Assembly: GCA_963665815.1 (NCBI GenBank)
Contig: OY762463.1
Coordinates: 2,656,001-2,720,000, forward strand
Origin: Candidatus Cloacimonadales bacterium
Lineage (GTDB): Bacteria > Cloacimonadota > Cloacimonadia > Cloacimonadales > JAIOQZ01
Length of the DNA: 64,000 nucleotides
Direction: 5' to 3'
Part shown: positions 40,242-50,346 of the stretch, piece after piece
Layout of the letters: each line of letters opens with the position of its first letter
Position numbering within the stretch: position 1 is the stretch's first letter
Made by a program: the position numbers and the translations under genes
The notes under the pieces: generated by a model
The model's input: the letters and a program-made list of their open reading frames with translations, nothing else
Told to the model about the DNA's origin: nothing
The model's database searches: none

Positions 40242-41069
40242 ATGCATTTTGTGAGATTTGATTCATGCATAGAAAAAGATTTACAGGCATTGCTGGATAG
40301 TTTTGATGATACAGAAGAAAGAAAACAATTGAAGCTTAAGCTGAATTATCGAAATGACAGCTCATTCATTATCTTTGATGATACTGAAGTTATCGGCTAT
40401 GCGTTAGGATATGAATATGACGGAAAATCTAAGATTGAACTTTATGTTAACAGAGAACCGGAGTACTCCGAACTGCTGGAGTTAGCCGGTGAGATTAATA
40501 CACATTATATCAATCCTGCAGACAAAGATTTCTTTATCATTGAGGAGGCTGACTCTTCAGTTAATATTCTGAATAAATTCAAATTTATTGATTCCAATCA
40601 TACTTATGAATTGAGCACACCTCTCATTATAAAAAAATCCCCTGAAATCCCATATGAGTTCAAACAGGAAAAAGTAGAGCCTGCCGAGTATGCTGAATTG
40701 ATGAAAAAATGCTTTATAGACGATAAAGAATGGGATTATACTAATTATCGGGAACAGGCACAGGAATTTCTGGAAGAAGAGTCTGTAACTTGGACTTGCA
40801 GGGATAATGAAAAGCTTATTGGAGCTTGTTCTATTTGTAATGATGAAGAGATTTATATTGATATGCTTTGCATACATCCCGAATATCAAAAGAAGGGTAT
40901 TGGCTATAAGTTGATGGAGAAATCTCTGTATGATCGTGATGACTCAAAAGTTCGTCTTGATGTAAAATCCAAAAATGAGAAGGCAATCAGATTCTATGAA
41001 AACTCAGGATTTAAAAGGATAAATACCAGTTATATTGTTGTTAAGAAAATGGAAATCAGGAATAGTTAA
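40242..41069 (+). CDS. Tandem GNAT acetyltransferase
   Basis: C-terminal HPEYQKKGIG and NEKAIRFYENSGF motifs. Start at 40242 after AAGGAG. Confidence 0.8.
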   Translation: MHFVRFDSCIEKDLQALLDSFDDTEERKQLKLKLNYRNDSSFIIFDDTEVIGYALGYEYDGKSKIELYVNREPEYSELLELAGEINTHYINPADKDFFIIEEADSSVNILNKFKFIDSNHTYELSTPLIIKKSPEIPYEFKQEKVEPAEYAELMKKCFIDDKEWDYTNYREQAQEFLEEESVTWTCRDNEKLIGACSICNDEEIYIDMLCIHPEYQKKGIGYKLMEKSLYDRDDSKVRLDVKSKNEKAIRFYENSGFKRINTSYIVVKKMEIRNS

Positions 41070-41088
41070 CAGCTATTTCTTTTCTTTC

Positions 41089-41772
41089 TCAATCAACACA
41101 ATCAAACTCACGTTCCAGGCATTCAGGGCAAATTCCGTGAGTTGGTTTAGCTCCATAATTGTCATCTACATATTTTTCAATAGAACTCCATTTTCCGTCT
41201 TTTCCCTGCACTTTTTTACAATAGCAGCAGATTGGATAAATCTTACTGAGTTCACACAGTAGTTTTTCTTGCTTCCTTAATTGTGCTTCATCATGTAAAA
41301 TTCGCAAAGTCAACTCAACCATCCTCTTAACATGCTCAATCATTTTGATATGCAGCTTATTCTTCTCATGCTCTTTATAGTCTAGGAAGCAAACAGTACC
41401 AAATAATTCTCCGTCAGGTCTTTCTATAGGCATACCGGTGTAGGATATAATATTCAAGTCCACAGCAGCTGCATTATCTTTCCATTTTGGATCTTTTGTC
41501 GCATTTGCAATAAAATTCAATCCTTTCGTTTTTAAGGTATGTTCGCAATACCAACCGGAATCAGGATAAGGTGCAACCGCATCAGACGGATAAGGGTTTC
41601 CCTCTGTCTTACTGGAAAGCAGTATCTCGATTTCATCCTTGTCCACCCTTGTAATAAGACCTGCCGGAACTCCCAGCATTTCAGCGGTTTCATTCAGGAT
41701 TTCCTGCCATTCCTGCAATATCTCTTCAGATAATACTTTTCTATTGAACGGATTGGCTAATGAATAAGGCAT
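41089..41772 (-). CDS. GAF-domain protein with C-terminal Zn-ribbon
   Basis: GAF (YCEHT...SYTGMPI...FGTVCFLD) followed by PICCYCKK...THGICPEC. Confidence 0.82.
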   Translation of the reverse strand: MPYSLANPFNRKVLSEEILQEWQEILNETAEMLGVPAGLITRVDKDEIEILLSSKTEGNPYPSDAVAPYPDSGWYCEHTLKTKGLNFIANATKDPKWKDNAAAVDLNIISYTGMPIERPDGELFGTVCFLDYKEHEKNKLHIKMIEHVKRMVELTLRILHDEAQLRKQEKLLCELSKIYPICCYCKKVQGKDGKWSSIEKYVDDNYGAKPTHGICPECLEREFDCVD

Positions 41773-42026
41773 ATTACCTCCTTCTTTGGTACATATCAGA
41801 CAAATTTATTAATTCTCGTTTCTTGTATTTGAAAATATAAGGTGCCAGACAGATTTGTGTCAAATATTAAATTGGTTTTCGAGCAATTTGTGTAAATATC
41901 AGAATATGGTTTGCGAGGTAGACATCAAGATGATTTAGAGCTTATAGTAAAAATAGTCTTGACGATTCAGGGAGTATTATATCATTTAATGCAAAGGAAC
42001 TGGAATCATTTTGATAAGGAGGTAAT

Positions 42027-43871
42027 ATGGCTAACGGTATTGAATTCAAAGACAGAGCTAAAGCAGAGGAATTTCTTTTAAGGTTTCTGGAGATTGTAAA
42101 AGAAGACCAACAACTGGACTCTCTCGAAGACGCTGCAAAGGCTGTTGTAAATCATGATTTTGATGAGGTGATTGGAATAAGAAAGAACTTTCTGAACGAT
42201 TTAAGAGATTCCTTAATTGATAGAGATTGGGATAAAACAGAGAGCTTGATGATAAAAAGTGTTTTACTCGGAGGATTCAGTAGTAACAAAGTTCAATTAA
42301 AAGATATGTTCAATCATAAAGATTTTCAAGCTTTCGTATTAGAGATTCTAAGTATAAAAGAGCTAACCAGAGAAAAACTGGATTTATTAATTGAGAAAAC
42401 ATTTGAAATGGGAATAAGAAGGAAAAAGGATGATAAACCTATTTGGGATTTTGGTACTCTTATTATAAGTGTACTTCTATCAGCACTTCATCCAGATAAA
42501 TTTGTAGATTATCGATATAGCAGGTGGGTAAACGTTTCCAGACTATTTAACATAGATGTTAAATTCCAGCAGAAGAACTACAGTCAAATGATTTTAAGTG
42601 CAGCAGAAGTAGCTTCTTTAATTAAATCACTGGATACATACAAAAAGTACTTTAGTAACAACACTTTCGATATTGAAGACAACTACATCATTTCCGGTCT
42701 TGCAGAATTAATTCGCAAAAACAATGTATATGATAAGTTTGCACATAAAGCCTGCATTCAAGTTTTTGATATAGTAGACGACCAGGAAGTAACTGCTGAG
42801 GAGGTTGCTTATTCATCCGATAGTAATTACCCCCTTAACCAGATACTTTACGGACCTCCCGGAACAGGCAAGACATACAATACTGTAAATAAAGCTCTGG
42901 AAATTATAAAAGGCTTGCAGTGGTTGGAAGGCAAAACAAGATCTGAGATGACAGAGGAATTTAATAATCTCAGGCAAAAAAAATGGATTCAGTTTGTCAC
43001 ATTTCATCAGTCTTATGGTTATGAGGAGTTTGTTGAGGGGATAAAACCAGATCTGCAAGGTGATTCCGAAAACATAAAATATGTTATTCAGGATGGAATC
43101 TTCAAATCTGTCTGCAATGCTGCAAATTCAAACAGAAACAAGAGGACAGTTCTTATTATAGACGAAATAAATCGGGGTAATATATCTAAAATATTCGGTG
43201 AGCTTATTACTCTTGTTGAGCCGGATAAAAGAGTTGGGGCTGTTGAGGAAATAACAGCTACTCTGCCATATTCCGGTGAAATATTCGGTGTACCGGATAA
43301 CCTTTATATTATTGGAACAATGAACACTGCCGACAGGTCTATAGCACTCATGGATACGGCTTTGAGAAGAAGATTTCATTTCGAGGAAATATTGCCGAAA
43401 CCTGAATTACTTGATCTGGACTCTGAACTGATTATCAATAACATAAAAATATCAGCTTTGCTGAAAGAAATCAACAGAAGGATTGAATTCCTCTATGACA
43501 GAGATCACACAATAGGTCATTCCTTTTTCTTTAAATTAAAGACAGTAGAGAAAGCTGATCAATACAGAAGCTTGTGTGATATTTTCCAGAACAAGATTAT
43601 ACCTCTTCTACAGGAGTACTTTTATGATGATTGGGAAAAGATACAGATAGTCTTGGGCGATCATCATAGACAATTCTCAAATCCCGATGTTAAATTCGTT
43701 ATTGAAAAAGATTTCAGATGCTCTGATGTACTTGGTTTTGATCATGATGATTTTGAAGACTCTGTTAAATATGAAGTTAATCCTGCTTTAAAAGACAGTA
43801 CTATTTCATCCGAAGCTTTTTCCAAAATATATTCTAAACAGCAAAAACAGATAGACGAAGGCGATGAGTAA
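42027..43871 (+). CDS. mcrB: McrB-family AAA+ GTPase restriction subunit
   Basis: NQILYGPPGTGKT, TFHQSYGYEEFVEG, IIDEINRGN, GTMNTADRS, ALRRRF and IGHSFF motifs. Confidence 0.93.
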   Translation: MANGIEFKDRAKAEEFLLRFLEIVKEDQQLDSLEDAAKAVVNHDFDEVIGIRKNFLNDLRDSLIDRDWDKTESLMIKSVLLGGFSSNKVQLKDMFNHKDFQAFVLEILSIKELTREKLDLLIEKTFEMGIRRKKDDKPIWDFGTLIISVLLSALHPDKFVDYRYSRWVNVSRLFNIDVKFQQKNYSQMILSAAEVASLIKSLDTYKKYFSNNTFDIEDNYIISGLAELIRKNNVYDKFAHKACIQVFDIVDDQEVTAEEVAYSSDSNYPLNQILYGPPGTGKTYNTVNKALEIIKGLQWLEGKTRSEMTEEFNNLRQKKWIQFVTFHQSYGYEEFVEGIKPDLQGDSENIKYVIQDGIFKSVCNAANSNRNKRTVLIIDEINRGNISKIFGELITLVEPDKRVGAVEEITATLPYSGEIFGVPDNLYIIGTMNTADRSIALMDTALRRRFHFEEILPKPELLDLDSELIINNIKISALLKEINRRIEFLYDRDHTIGHSFFFKLKTVEKADQYRSLCDIFQNKIIPLLQEYFYDDWEKIQIVLGDHHRQFSNPDVKFVIEKDFRCSDVLGFDHDDFEDSVKYEVNPALKDSTISSEAFSKIYSKQQKQIDEGDE

Positions 43872-45132
43872 CAATAATCTGAATCTAATCGAATACAGCT
43901 TTATCTATATTGACAAAAGCATAAGATATGCAGAAAACAAAGAGAATAATATAGCTGTTTCTGAGAAAGTTTTCACTGAGATTAAGAACTTTGTTCTGAG
44001 GAACGCCTATGAGCAGGACAGTTCAATAGATAGTATTCTTGTCCCAGGCTATGTGAAGGGCTATGGAGAGGTTCTGAAAGCTAAGAATTATGTTGGAGTT
44101 ATTCAAACACATAATGGGACGACGATAGAGATACTCCCTAAGATTCATGGAATTACAGGAAGTGGATTGGATATAAGGAATCAAACTAAGAAGATTTTTC
44201 TGAAAATGCTGAAAACATTAAAGAACAGTCCTTTCAAAATGTTAAAGCCTGCCCATTTGAATCGAGCAAAACTTCCCTTGTTTGATGTTTTCATTTCAAT
44301 GTTTCTTGATGAGCTGGAAATCCTTATAAAGAGAGGTTTGCGCAAAGATTATCTTGTAATTTCTGAAAACTTGCACAAATTGAAGGGAAAGTTAAATTTT
44401 CCTGAAAACATACAGAAGAATCTTGTGCATAAAGAGAGATTTTATGTTGAGTACGATGAATTCAGTATCAACAGACCTGAAAACAGGTTGATAAAATCAA
44501 CTCTGATTTTCCTGAGAAACAAAGCGAAATCAAACCTTATTCAGCAGAGATTGAGAAAGAATTCCTATGTTTTTGAGGATGTATGTGAATCTGAAAACAT
44601 AGATAGTGATTTCTCTAAGTGTAAGACTAATCGTTTAACAATTCATCTTGGCAAATTACTTCAGTGGTGTAGAATTTTTTTAAAAAACCAGTCTTTTTCC
44701 AATTTCAGAGGTAATGAAATAGCTTTTGCTCTGCTGTTTCCAATGGAAAGGATTTTCGAAGATTATGTTGCATCAAAACTGAAGAAACATCATAAGATAA
44801 AGACTCAATGTGTTCATGGACATCTCCTTATAAATCCAGGGAGACACCTGATGAAGCCGGACATTATTTTTGTTAAAAAACCAGTTATTGCAGATACAAA
44901 ATGGAAGATACTCGACCGAGATCATAAAATGTTTCAGAGTGATCTGTATCAAATGCTTGCCTATGGTGTTCATCCTTTAAGAGAGCGAAAAAACATTGAA
45001 AAGATAATAATGATTTTTCCTAAAACAGAGTACTTTTTAGAATCCAATAAATACACATATTTTAATGGCTTAGAATTAGAAGTTTTTCCATTTGATTTAA
45101 CTGATGATGAACAGAACAGAGACTTGTATTGA
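43864..45132 (+). CDS. mcrC: McrC-family restriction nuclease subunit
   Basis: YVGVI, IEILPKI, FPMERIFEDYV and PD...ADTKWK...DLYQMLAY motifs. 8 bp overlap with mcrB. Confidence 0.92.
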   Translation: MSNNNLNLIEYSFIYIDKSIRYAENKENNIAVSEKVFTEIKNFVLRNAYEQDSSIDSILVPGYVKGYGEVLKAKNYVGVIQTHNGTTIEILPKIHGITGSGLDIRNQTKKIFLKMLKTLKNSPFKMLKPAHLNRAKLPLFDVFISMFLDELEILIKRGLRKDYLVISENLHKLKGKLNFPENIQKNLVHKERFYVEYDEFSINRPENRLIKSTLIFLRNKAKSNLIQQRLRKNSYVFEDVCESENIDSDFSKCKTNRLTIHLGKLLQWCRIFLKNQSFSNFRGNEIAFALLFPMERIFEDYVASKLKKHHKIKTQCVHGHLLINPGRHLMKPDIIFVKKPVIADTKWKILDRDHKMFQSDLYQMLAYGVHPLRERKNIEKIIMIFPKTEYFLESNKYTYFNGLELEVFPFDLTDDEQNRDLY

Positions 45133-45310
45133 TTGAGAAACAAAAGGATAATCAGCGTTTATAGTGGATTTTGAAGTTTTTTTGAATACATCAATATACA
45201 ATTACACGAGAATTCACATTAAAAGCTATTAAAAAAAATTTCTATTAACTTACAGAATGAATTCCCGTGTATTTTATAAATATTTATCTATTAATCACGA
45301 TACAGAATTA

Positions 45311-47959
45311 CTATTTACCGGCACTCTCTTCATTCGTATCATATATTATTTTTCCTTCCCTGAATTTTAGTCCCATAGCATCACATGTTCTGTCGGGTCT
45401 GAATTTTAAATACTTACTGTTGTCAGCCATGTAAGAGAATACTACAGAAAAGATATCCTGGTTTAGAACAAGATCACCATCATATTTTTCAGCTCTTTCC
45501 TGATCCGGCCAGCGGATTGCTACTAATGTGCCAAATCTGTCCCAGAAATTATTTTCATCTGCATCGCCTTCTTTCCATATTCCAACAGACCATTTAGCTG
45601 CACCTTCTCCTGTTAATCCAGGTCCATGATCGCCAATTGCAATTACAATTGAATTCGGATCATACTTTTCAATATATTCAAAGTCTTTTTCCATGTATTC
45701 AAGTGCAATATTGTAATTCCTGATCCATTTAAGAGTATCCGTTTTTGATAATGGTTCAGTATTTAATGTATGCATAGGTTTTTCACAATGATTAATCACA
45801 AAAGCTTTATCCATAGATCTTTGGATAAGTTCATGTTTGTTAGCCTGCATATCATCTTCTAATTTCCGCATCGCTTTTTGAAATTCTCCGGTAGACATTT
45901 TATTTTTCTTATCATGAACACCAACATCACTTGCGTCCCATGAGGATGAAAAAATAGCTCTTGAAAGTTGATTAAACAGAACAAAATTCAGTTGCTTTGC
46001 ATTTGAATTAGGGGGGAAGATTTCATCAACTACTTCTTTTATTGATTCATCAAATTTACCAATCAAATAGTGATCTAAAGTTACAAAAGTTTTATATCCG
46101 TTTTCTCTCAGAACTTTATTCACAACTGAGTAACCTCTGTAGCTGTTTCGCCCGTCATGTTTAGCCATTCTTTTACTCATGTTAAAAAGTGCTCCCATAC
46201 TGCCAACACTTTCTTTTCCTAAAGTATATGTATCCTTGTAGTGTTTAAATTTGTACTTTTTGAAGATACTGTCCATTCTGGAATTGTTTATGTTGACAAT
46301 ATCAAATACTCTGTTATTGGGCATTCCATCATAAACAAAAAGATATATGTTTGGAGTGGTTTCCATTTTGATTTCGCTCAATTCTTCCGGTACTTCGAAC
46401 AAGGATGAATCAAGCAGCGGCTTGCTTTTTACAAGACTATGAATCCAGATAATTATAAAAACAATCAATACAATTGCACCGACATTTCTGAAGATCGTAA
46501 ATATTTTCCGCAGGTCGAAGAAACTGATTATTGAATATAGAATTATATAAATAATACCAAATTCTATAGATGTTTTAATTATCCCAAATTGCCATGCGGT
46601 AATTGATCTGATTGTTGGTAACATTATAAATAAATGTATGAATAAGGCTGAAAACACTGCAGCTTTAAGCAGTTTTTCCTTTCCTCTCGTAAAAAGAAGT
46701 GTCCAGAAGTAACTGAAAATTCCAACAAGTAATAGTGTCAGAAAGAACCACACATAATATAAACCATTCAGGTAGTAAAAATTCAGTCTGGCAGTATTGA
46801 CAACAGGTATCAAAGTGAAGATTATTGTTACAAGTAATGCTTGCCAATGTCCTTTTTTAAAGATGGTTCTATAGTTTCTTACAAACAATACTATCACAAC
46901 AAATGTATTTGTAATAACGCTTACTATGGCAGCTATAAATTTGAAATCAATAGAAACTGACATGAATTTACTGAGAAATTTTGGTGCAACAATACAGAAA
47001 GCTATTAGAGCAGGAACCGAAAAAGTAATTATGAATTTAAGAAATCCATTAATTCTATTTGATTTTTTTAATAACCCCGATATGTTGAATATCCAGAAAA
47101 GTATAGATACTCCAAAGAATGAGACTTTTGTCTGGAAAACAACATCCGAGTTCAGATCACTAATCGTGCTGACAACTGAGAAAACTCGAACAACTTGGAA
47201 CAGAAGCATTGCACTTGTTATTATCTTCATGTGATCTGAGTATAGCGTTTTTTCTATTAGTGCTTTAAGTCTTATTGTAAACGGTACGGACTTTTCTTTC
47301 TCTTTCAGGATTATTTCACCAGATCTTGCTCTTTTAATCAGAACACCTAAGAAAAAGAAAACATTATTCATTGTCCAGTAAAGCAATAAAGCTGATGCTG
47401 AACTATAAAGCAGAATCAGGAAAAACAAAGCAATACCAATCGCCTGTCCCCTTGCTTTTTTATTGAAGCCGGGAGTCAGGAATGATGAAAAAATATTTAC
47501 TAATGTCATCAAAAATGGAAGCAGATTTACTCCGAACTTAAGGTTATCCGGTTTGCTCAGATCTTTAAGAAGGAAAAAAGATTCCCCGGCAAGATCTGAG
47601 AAATTATTAAGAACATAGAATGCAGCAAAAAGAAATGGAAGCTGAATAAAAACAGGAATAGCAGACCTTAAAGCAAAAATTGGATGATAACCATATCTAT
47701 TATATAGCCCCATGATTCTCTTATGCCTGTCATGTCCTGTGCTTTCCTGCTTGATCTTATCCAGTTGAGGCTCAAGAATGCGTTGTAAATTTTGTTCTCT
47801 ATCCGGATATGTCCTGAGAATATATCTGAATCCAGCCATGAGAAGAGATGTTACAAATGACATGATTATAAGGGAATAACCATAATTTCCTGTCAGATTG
47901 TATAGAGATACGAAAAGAAAATTCAATGCTACAATAAAGGGTTTAAAAACTATATTCAT
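45311..47959 (-). CDS. YidC/Oxa1-domain + multi-TM + alkaline-phosphatase/sulfatase-superfamily (LtaS-like) fusion protein
   Basis: N-terminal YidC features (GNYGYSLI, IQLPFLFAAF, DLSKPD, NLLPFLM, LLLYWTMNN), about 9 further TM helices, and C-terminal PNIYLFVYDG...H...GDHG. Confidence 0.8.
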   Translation of the reverse strand: MNIVFKPFIVALNFLFVSLYNLTGNYGYSLIIMSFVTSLLMAGFRYILRTYPDREQNLQRILEPQLDKIKQESTGHDRHKRIMGLYNRYGYHPIFALRSAIPVFIQLPFLFAAFYVLNNFSDLAGESFFLLKDLSKPDNLKFGVNLLPFLMTLVNIFSSFLTPGFNKKARGQAIGIALFFLILLYSSASALLLYWTMNNVFFFLGVLIKRARSGEIILKEKEKSVPFTIRLKALIEKTLYSDHMKIITSAMLLFQVVRVFSVVSTISDLNSDVVFQTKVSFFGVSILFWIFNISGLLKKSNRINGFLKFIITFSVPALIAFCIVAPKFLSKFMSVSIDFKFIAAIVSVITNTFVVIVLFVRNYRTIFKKGHWQALLVTIIFTLIPVVNTARLNFYYLNGLYYVWFFLTLLLVGIFSYFWTLLFTRGKEKLLKAAVFSALFIHLFIMLPTIRSITAWQFGIIKTSIEFGIIYIILYSIISFFDLRKIFTIFRNVGAIVLIVFIIIWIHSLVKSKPLLDSSLFEVPEELSEIKMETTPNIYLFVYDGMPNNRVFDIVNINNSRMDSIFKKYKFKHYKDTYTLGKESVGSMGALFNMSKRMAKHDGRNSYRGYSVVNKVLRENGYKTFVTLDHYLIGKFDESIKEVVDEIFPPNSNAKQLNFVLFNQLSRAIFSSSWDASDVGVHDKKNKMSTGEFQKAMRKLEDDMQANKHELIQRSMDKAFVINHCEKPMHTLNTEPLSKTDTLKWIRNYNIALEYMEKDFEYIEKYDPNSIVIAIGDHGPGLTGEGAAKWSVGIWKEGDADENNFWDRFGTLVAIRWPDQERAEKYDGDLVLNQDIFSVVFSYMADNSKYLKFRPDRTCDAMGLKFREGKIIYDTNEESAGK

Positions 47960-49212
47960 TTTACTCCTCCCTCATCTGTTGCGGCACATAATTTCAGATA
48001 TTCAGCAACGGCTTTTCCTGCTCCACCATAATTCGCAACAATATTTTCCCGGTATCTTTTTAAATACTCAGGATCACATGAGGATAATGTTTCTTTGATT
48101 CTGTTAACAATATCATTTTCCTCACCTTTATGAATAATGCAGCCAATATTCTTTTCAACTTCAGTTATCCAGGATGCACTAAGGTTGCTGGTATCGAAAT
48201 CTTTTATTGACTCAAGAGGGATATTAAGAGTTATCACAGGCTTCTCATATACAAATGCAAAATCGTATTTGATTGAAGATGTATCGGTAATCAATAATGC
48301 TGCTTCATTCATTGAAACAGAGGGATCAATTGTCTCATCCCAGATTACATCATACTGTTCAAGCTGCTTCTTATAGAGTTTGATTAACTCCGGTTCGGAA
48401 ATTCTTGATTGCGGGTGAGGTCTGACAATTACCTTTGAACCTGCTTTAACTATTTTCTTTATGAAGTCAGTTCCATAACTGTTAAGGAGCCCCTTACTTC
48501 CCCATGAAGAAGCTATCAGTATTGTGTCTGAACTCACAGGAGTTTTAAAGCTTTTAATTTCTTTGAGGTAATCAAAATAAGGTAAACCAAGTATCTGAAG
48601 ATCCTTGTTCTTTAATTCAGATTGATCCCTATTGTTAAGAATTGCCTTTTTCTGCATATCATTAACCAGGATAACTGTATCATAGGCATCAAGTCCTCCA
48701 CTTTTGTATACAATTTGAACACTATGGAGCACATGAATAAGTTTTTTTACTCTATCCGGTCGTTTAACAGGATATCCCTGAGTACCAATGTTCGGAGTTG
48801 TACACAATAAAACTTCTTCTTCAATACGACCTGCTTTATTGTATGCCCATCCGCCATAGCCCAGAAAACGTGATTTCATGAAATCATTCTCAATAAGTAA
48901 TGCAGGATCTTCAACATCGAGAGTATAGTACTTAAATGGTATTTTCATCTCTATTAAAGCTTCAATTACTGATTTGAAAGTACTCCAGTATTGCTTACCC
49001 TCACTTAATATTGCTATCTTGTAATCAAATGATTCCTTTTGCTGTATTTCATTTCCTTTGCCCATAAGCTTCAGAAAAAATCCCTTGAGAGAATAAACTA
49101 CCGCAGCAATTCCGGCAATAATTAAATTAAGTAAAACCGTTCCCGTTCCCGGATCAAGATATGCATGAGCACTTGCCGGAATAAACAGTAATGCAAGTAA
49201 AAATATGAACAT
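47956..49212 (-). CDS. CDP-glycerol glycerophosphotransferase (TagB/TagF-like) family protein with N-terminal YLDPGTG membrane anchor
   Basis: GLPYFDYL, ILIASSWG, VRPHPQS and LITDTSSIKYDFAF...KPVI motifs. ATGA overlap with the downstream gene. Confidence 0.82.
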   Translation of the reverse strand: MFIFLLALLFIPASAHAYLDPGTGTVLLNLIIAGIAAVVYSLKGFFLKLMGKGNEIQQKESFDYKIAILSEGKQYWSTFKSVIEALIEMKIPFKYYTLDVEDPALLIENDFMKSRFLGYGGWAYNKAGRIEEEVLLCTTPNIGTQGYPVKRPDRVKKLIHVLHSVQIVYKSGGLDAYDTVILVNDMQKKAILNNRDQSELKNKDLQILGLPYFDYLKEIKSFKTPVSSDTILIASSWGSKGLLNSYGTDFIKKIVKAGSKVIVRPHPQSRISEPELIKLYKKQLEQYDVIWDETIDPSVSMNEAALLITDTSSIKYDFAFVYEKPVITLNIPLESIKDFDTSNLSASWITEVEKNIGCIIHKGEENDIVNRIKETLSSCDPEYLKRYRENIVANYGGAGKAVAEYLKLCAATDEGGVK

Positions 49213-49242
49213 AATGCCTCTTCTTACAGAAATTTGAAAATA

Positions 49243-50346
49243 TTATAAGGTTGACTTAAGTATATTAAAAACATCGGATTCATTCATCGGATGTATGTTA
49301 TTGCCAATTCTATCCTTGTTAAAACAGTGTTTAATCAGCTCATTTAAATCTTCTGCTTTTACATTATAGTTCGATAATCTGAATCCTGTTATTGGGGATA
49401 CAGTGTTGTATATGTTTGACCAGAATTCATTGAAATCTGATAGTGTAAGTTCAGCAAGCAATGTACTGACCTTTTCTTCGATATACGGTTTGTTCAGTTT
49501 CATTAAACTATTAATCGTCATAGAACAGGCTATTCCATGAGGAATACCATATAGAGCAGTTAACGGATAACTTATTGAGTGAGCAGCAGCAGTTTTTGTG
49601 TTTGAGAAAGCCAATCCGGCATATACTGTTGCTTCCATAAGATTTTTTCTCACACTAATTTCTGTTTTCTGTTTGAGCTCAGGTAAATTTTCATAGATCA
49701 ATTTTATTGCTTTTATTGCGTAAGTGTCTGAGATTGGATTAGCATTATTATTCCACATTGCTTCAAAAGAATGAGACATTGCATCAAGAGTAGTGGAGAT
49801 AGATATTTCAAGCGGAAGTTTTTTTACAAACCGTGAATCATATATTGCATAGTCAGGATAATTTATATCAACAGATAAGGAGTATTTCTTCTTATTGTCT
49901 TTGTCCCAGACCGTAGCCCATTTTGTCAGTTCACTTGATGTTCCGTGGGTTGTAGGTATAGCTATAAACTTAGCAAGTTTACTCTCATTAAAATGTTTAT
50001 CAAAAAGATTTATCATTGAATCATATTCTATGCACATTGCAAGCCGAACAACTTTTGCAGTATCAATGACAGATCCTCCCCCGATAGCAATTATTGTATC
50101 CGGTGTACAATCAAGTGCAAATCTGACAGCTTTATCACAGCTTTGAAACGAAGGATCTGGTTCAATATCAGAAAACACACGAATATTGTTAAGATAATCC
50201 TTTATCATATCGAATTCTTCTGTTTCTGTAAACCAGGAATAACACAACAGCAGAACATTTTCTTCAGCTCCGGCTGATTCTTTAAGCGAATCCATAAAAT
50301 TATCTGAAAACAGTATTTTCACAGGATTATTATATTTCCACATCAA
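49243..50346 (-). CDS. Phosphonoacetaldehyde reductase (group III Fe-dependent alcohol dehydrogenase)
   Basis: IGGGSVIDTAK, IPTTHGTSSELT, DAMSHSFE, AAHSISYP and PHG motifs, in PEP mutase/Ppd context. Confidence 0.88.
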   Translation of the reverse strand: MMWKYNNPVKILFSDNFMDSLKESAGAEENVLLLCYSWFTETEEFDMIKDYLNNIRVFSDIEPDPSFQSCDKAVRFALDCTPDTIIAIGGGSVIDTAKVVRLAMCIEYDSMINLFDKHFNESKLAKFIAIPTTHGTSSELTKWATVWDKDNKKKYSLSVDINYPDYAIYDSRFVKKLPLEISISTTLDAMSHSFEAMWNNNANPISDTYAIKAIKLIYENLPELKQKTEISVRKNLMEATVYAGLAFSNTKTAAAHSISYPLTALYGIPHGIACSMTINSLMKLNKPYIEEKVSTLLAELTLSDFNEFWSNIYNTVSPITGFRLSNYNVKAEDLNELIKHCFNKDRIGNNIHPMNESDVFNILKSTL

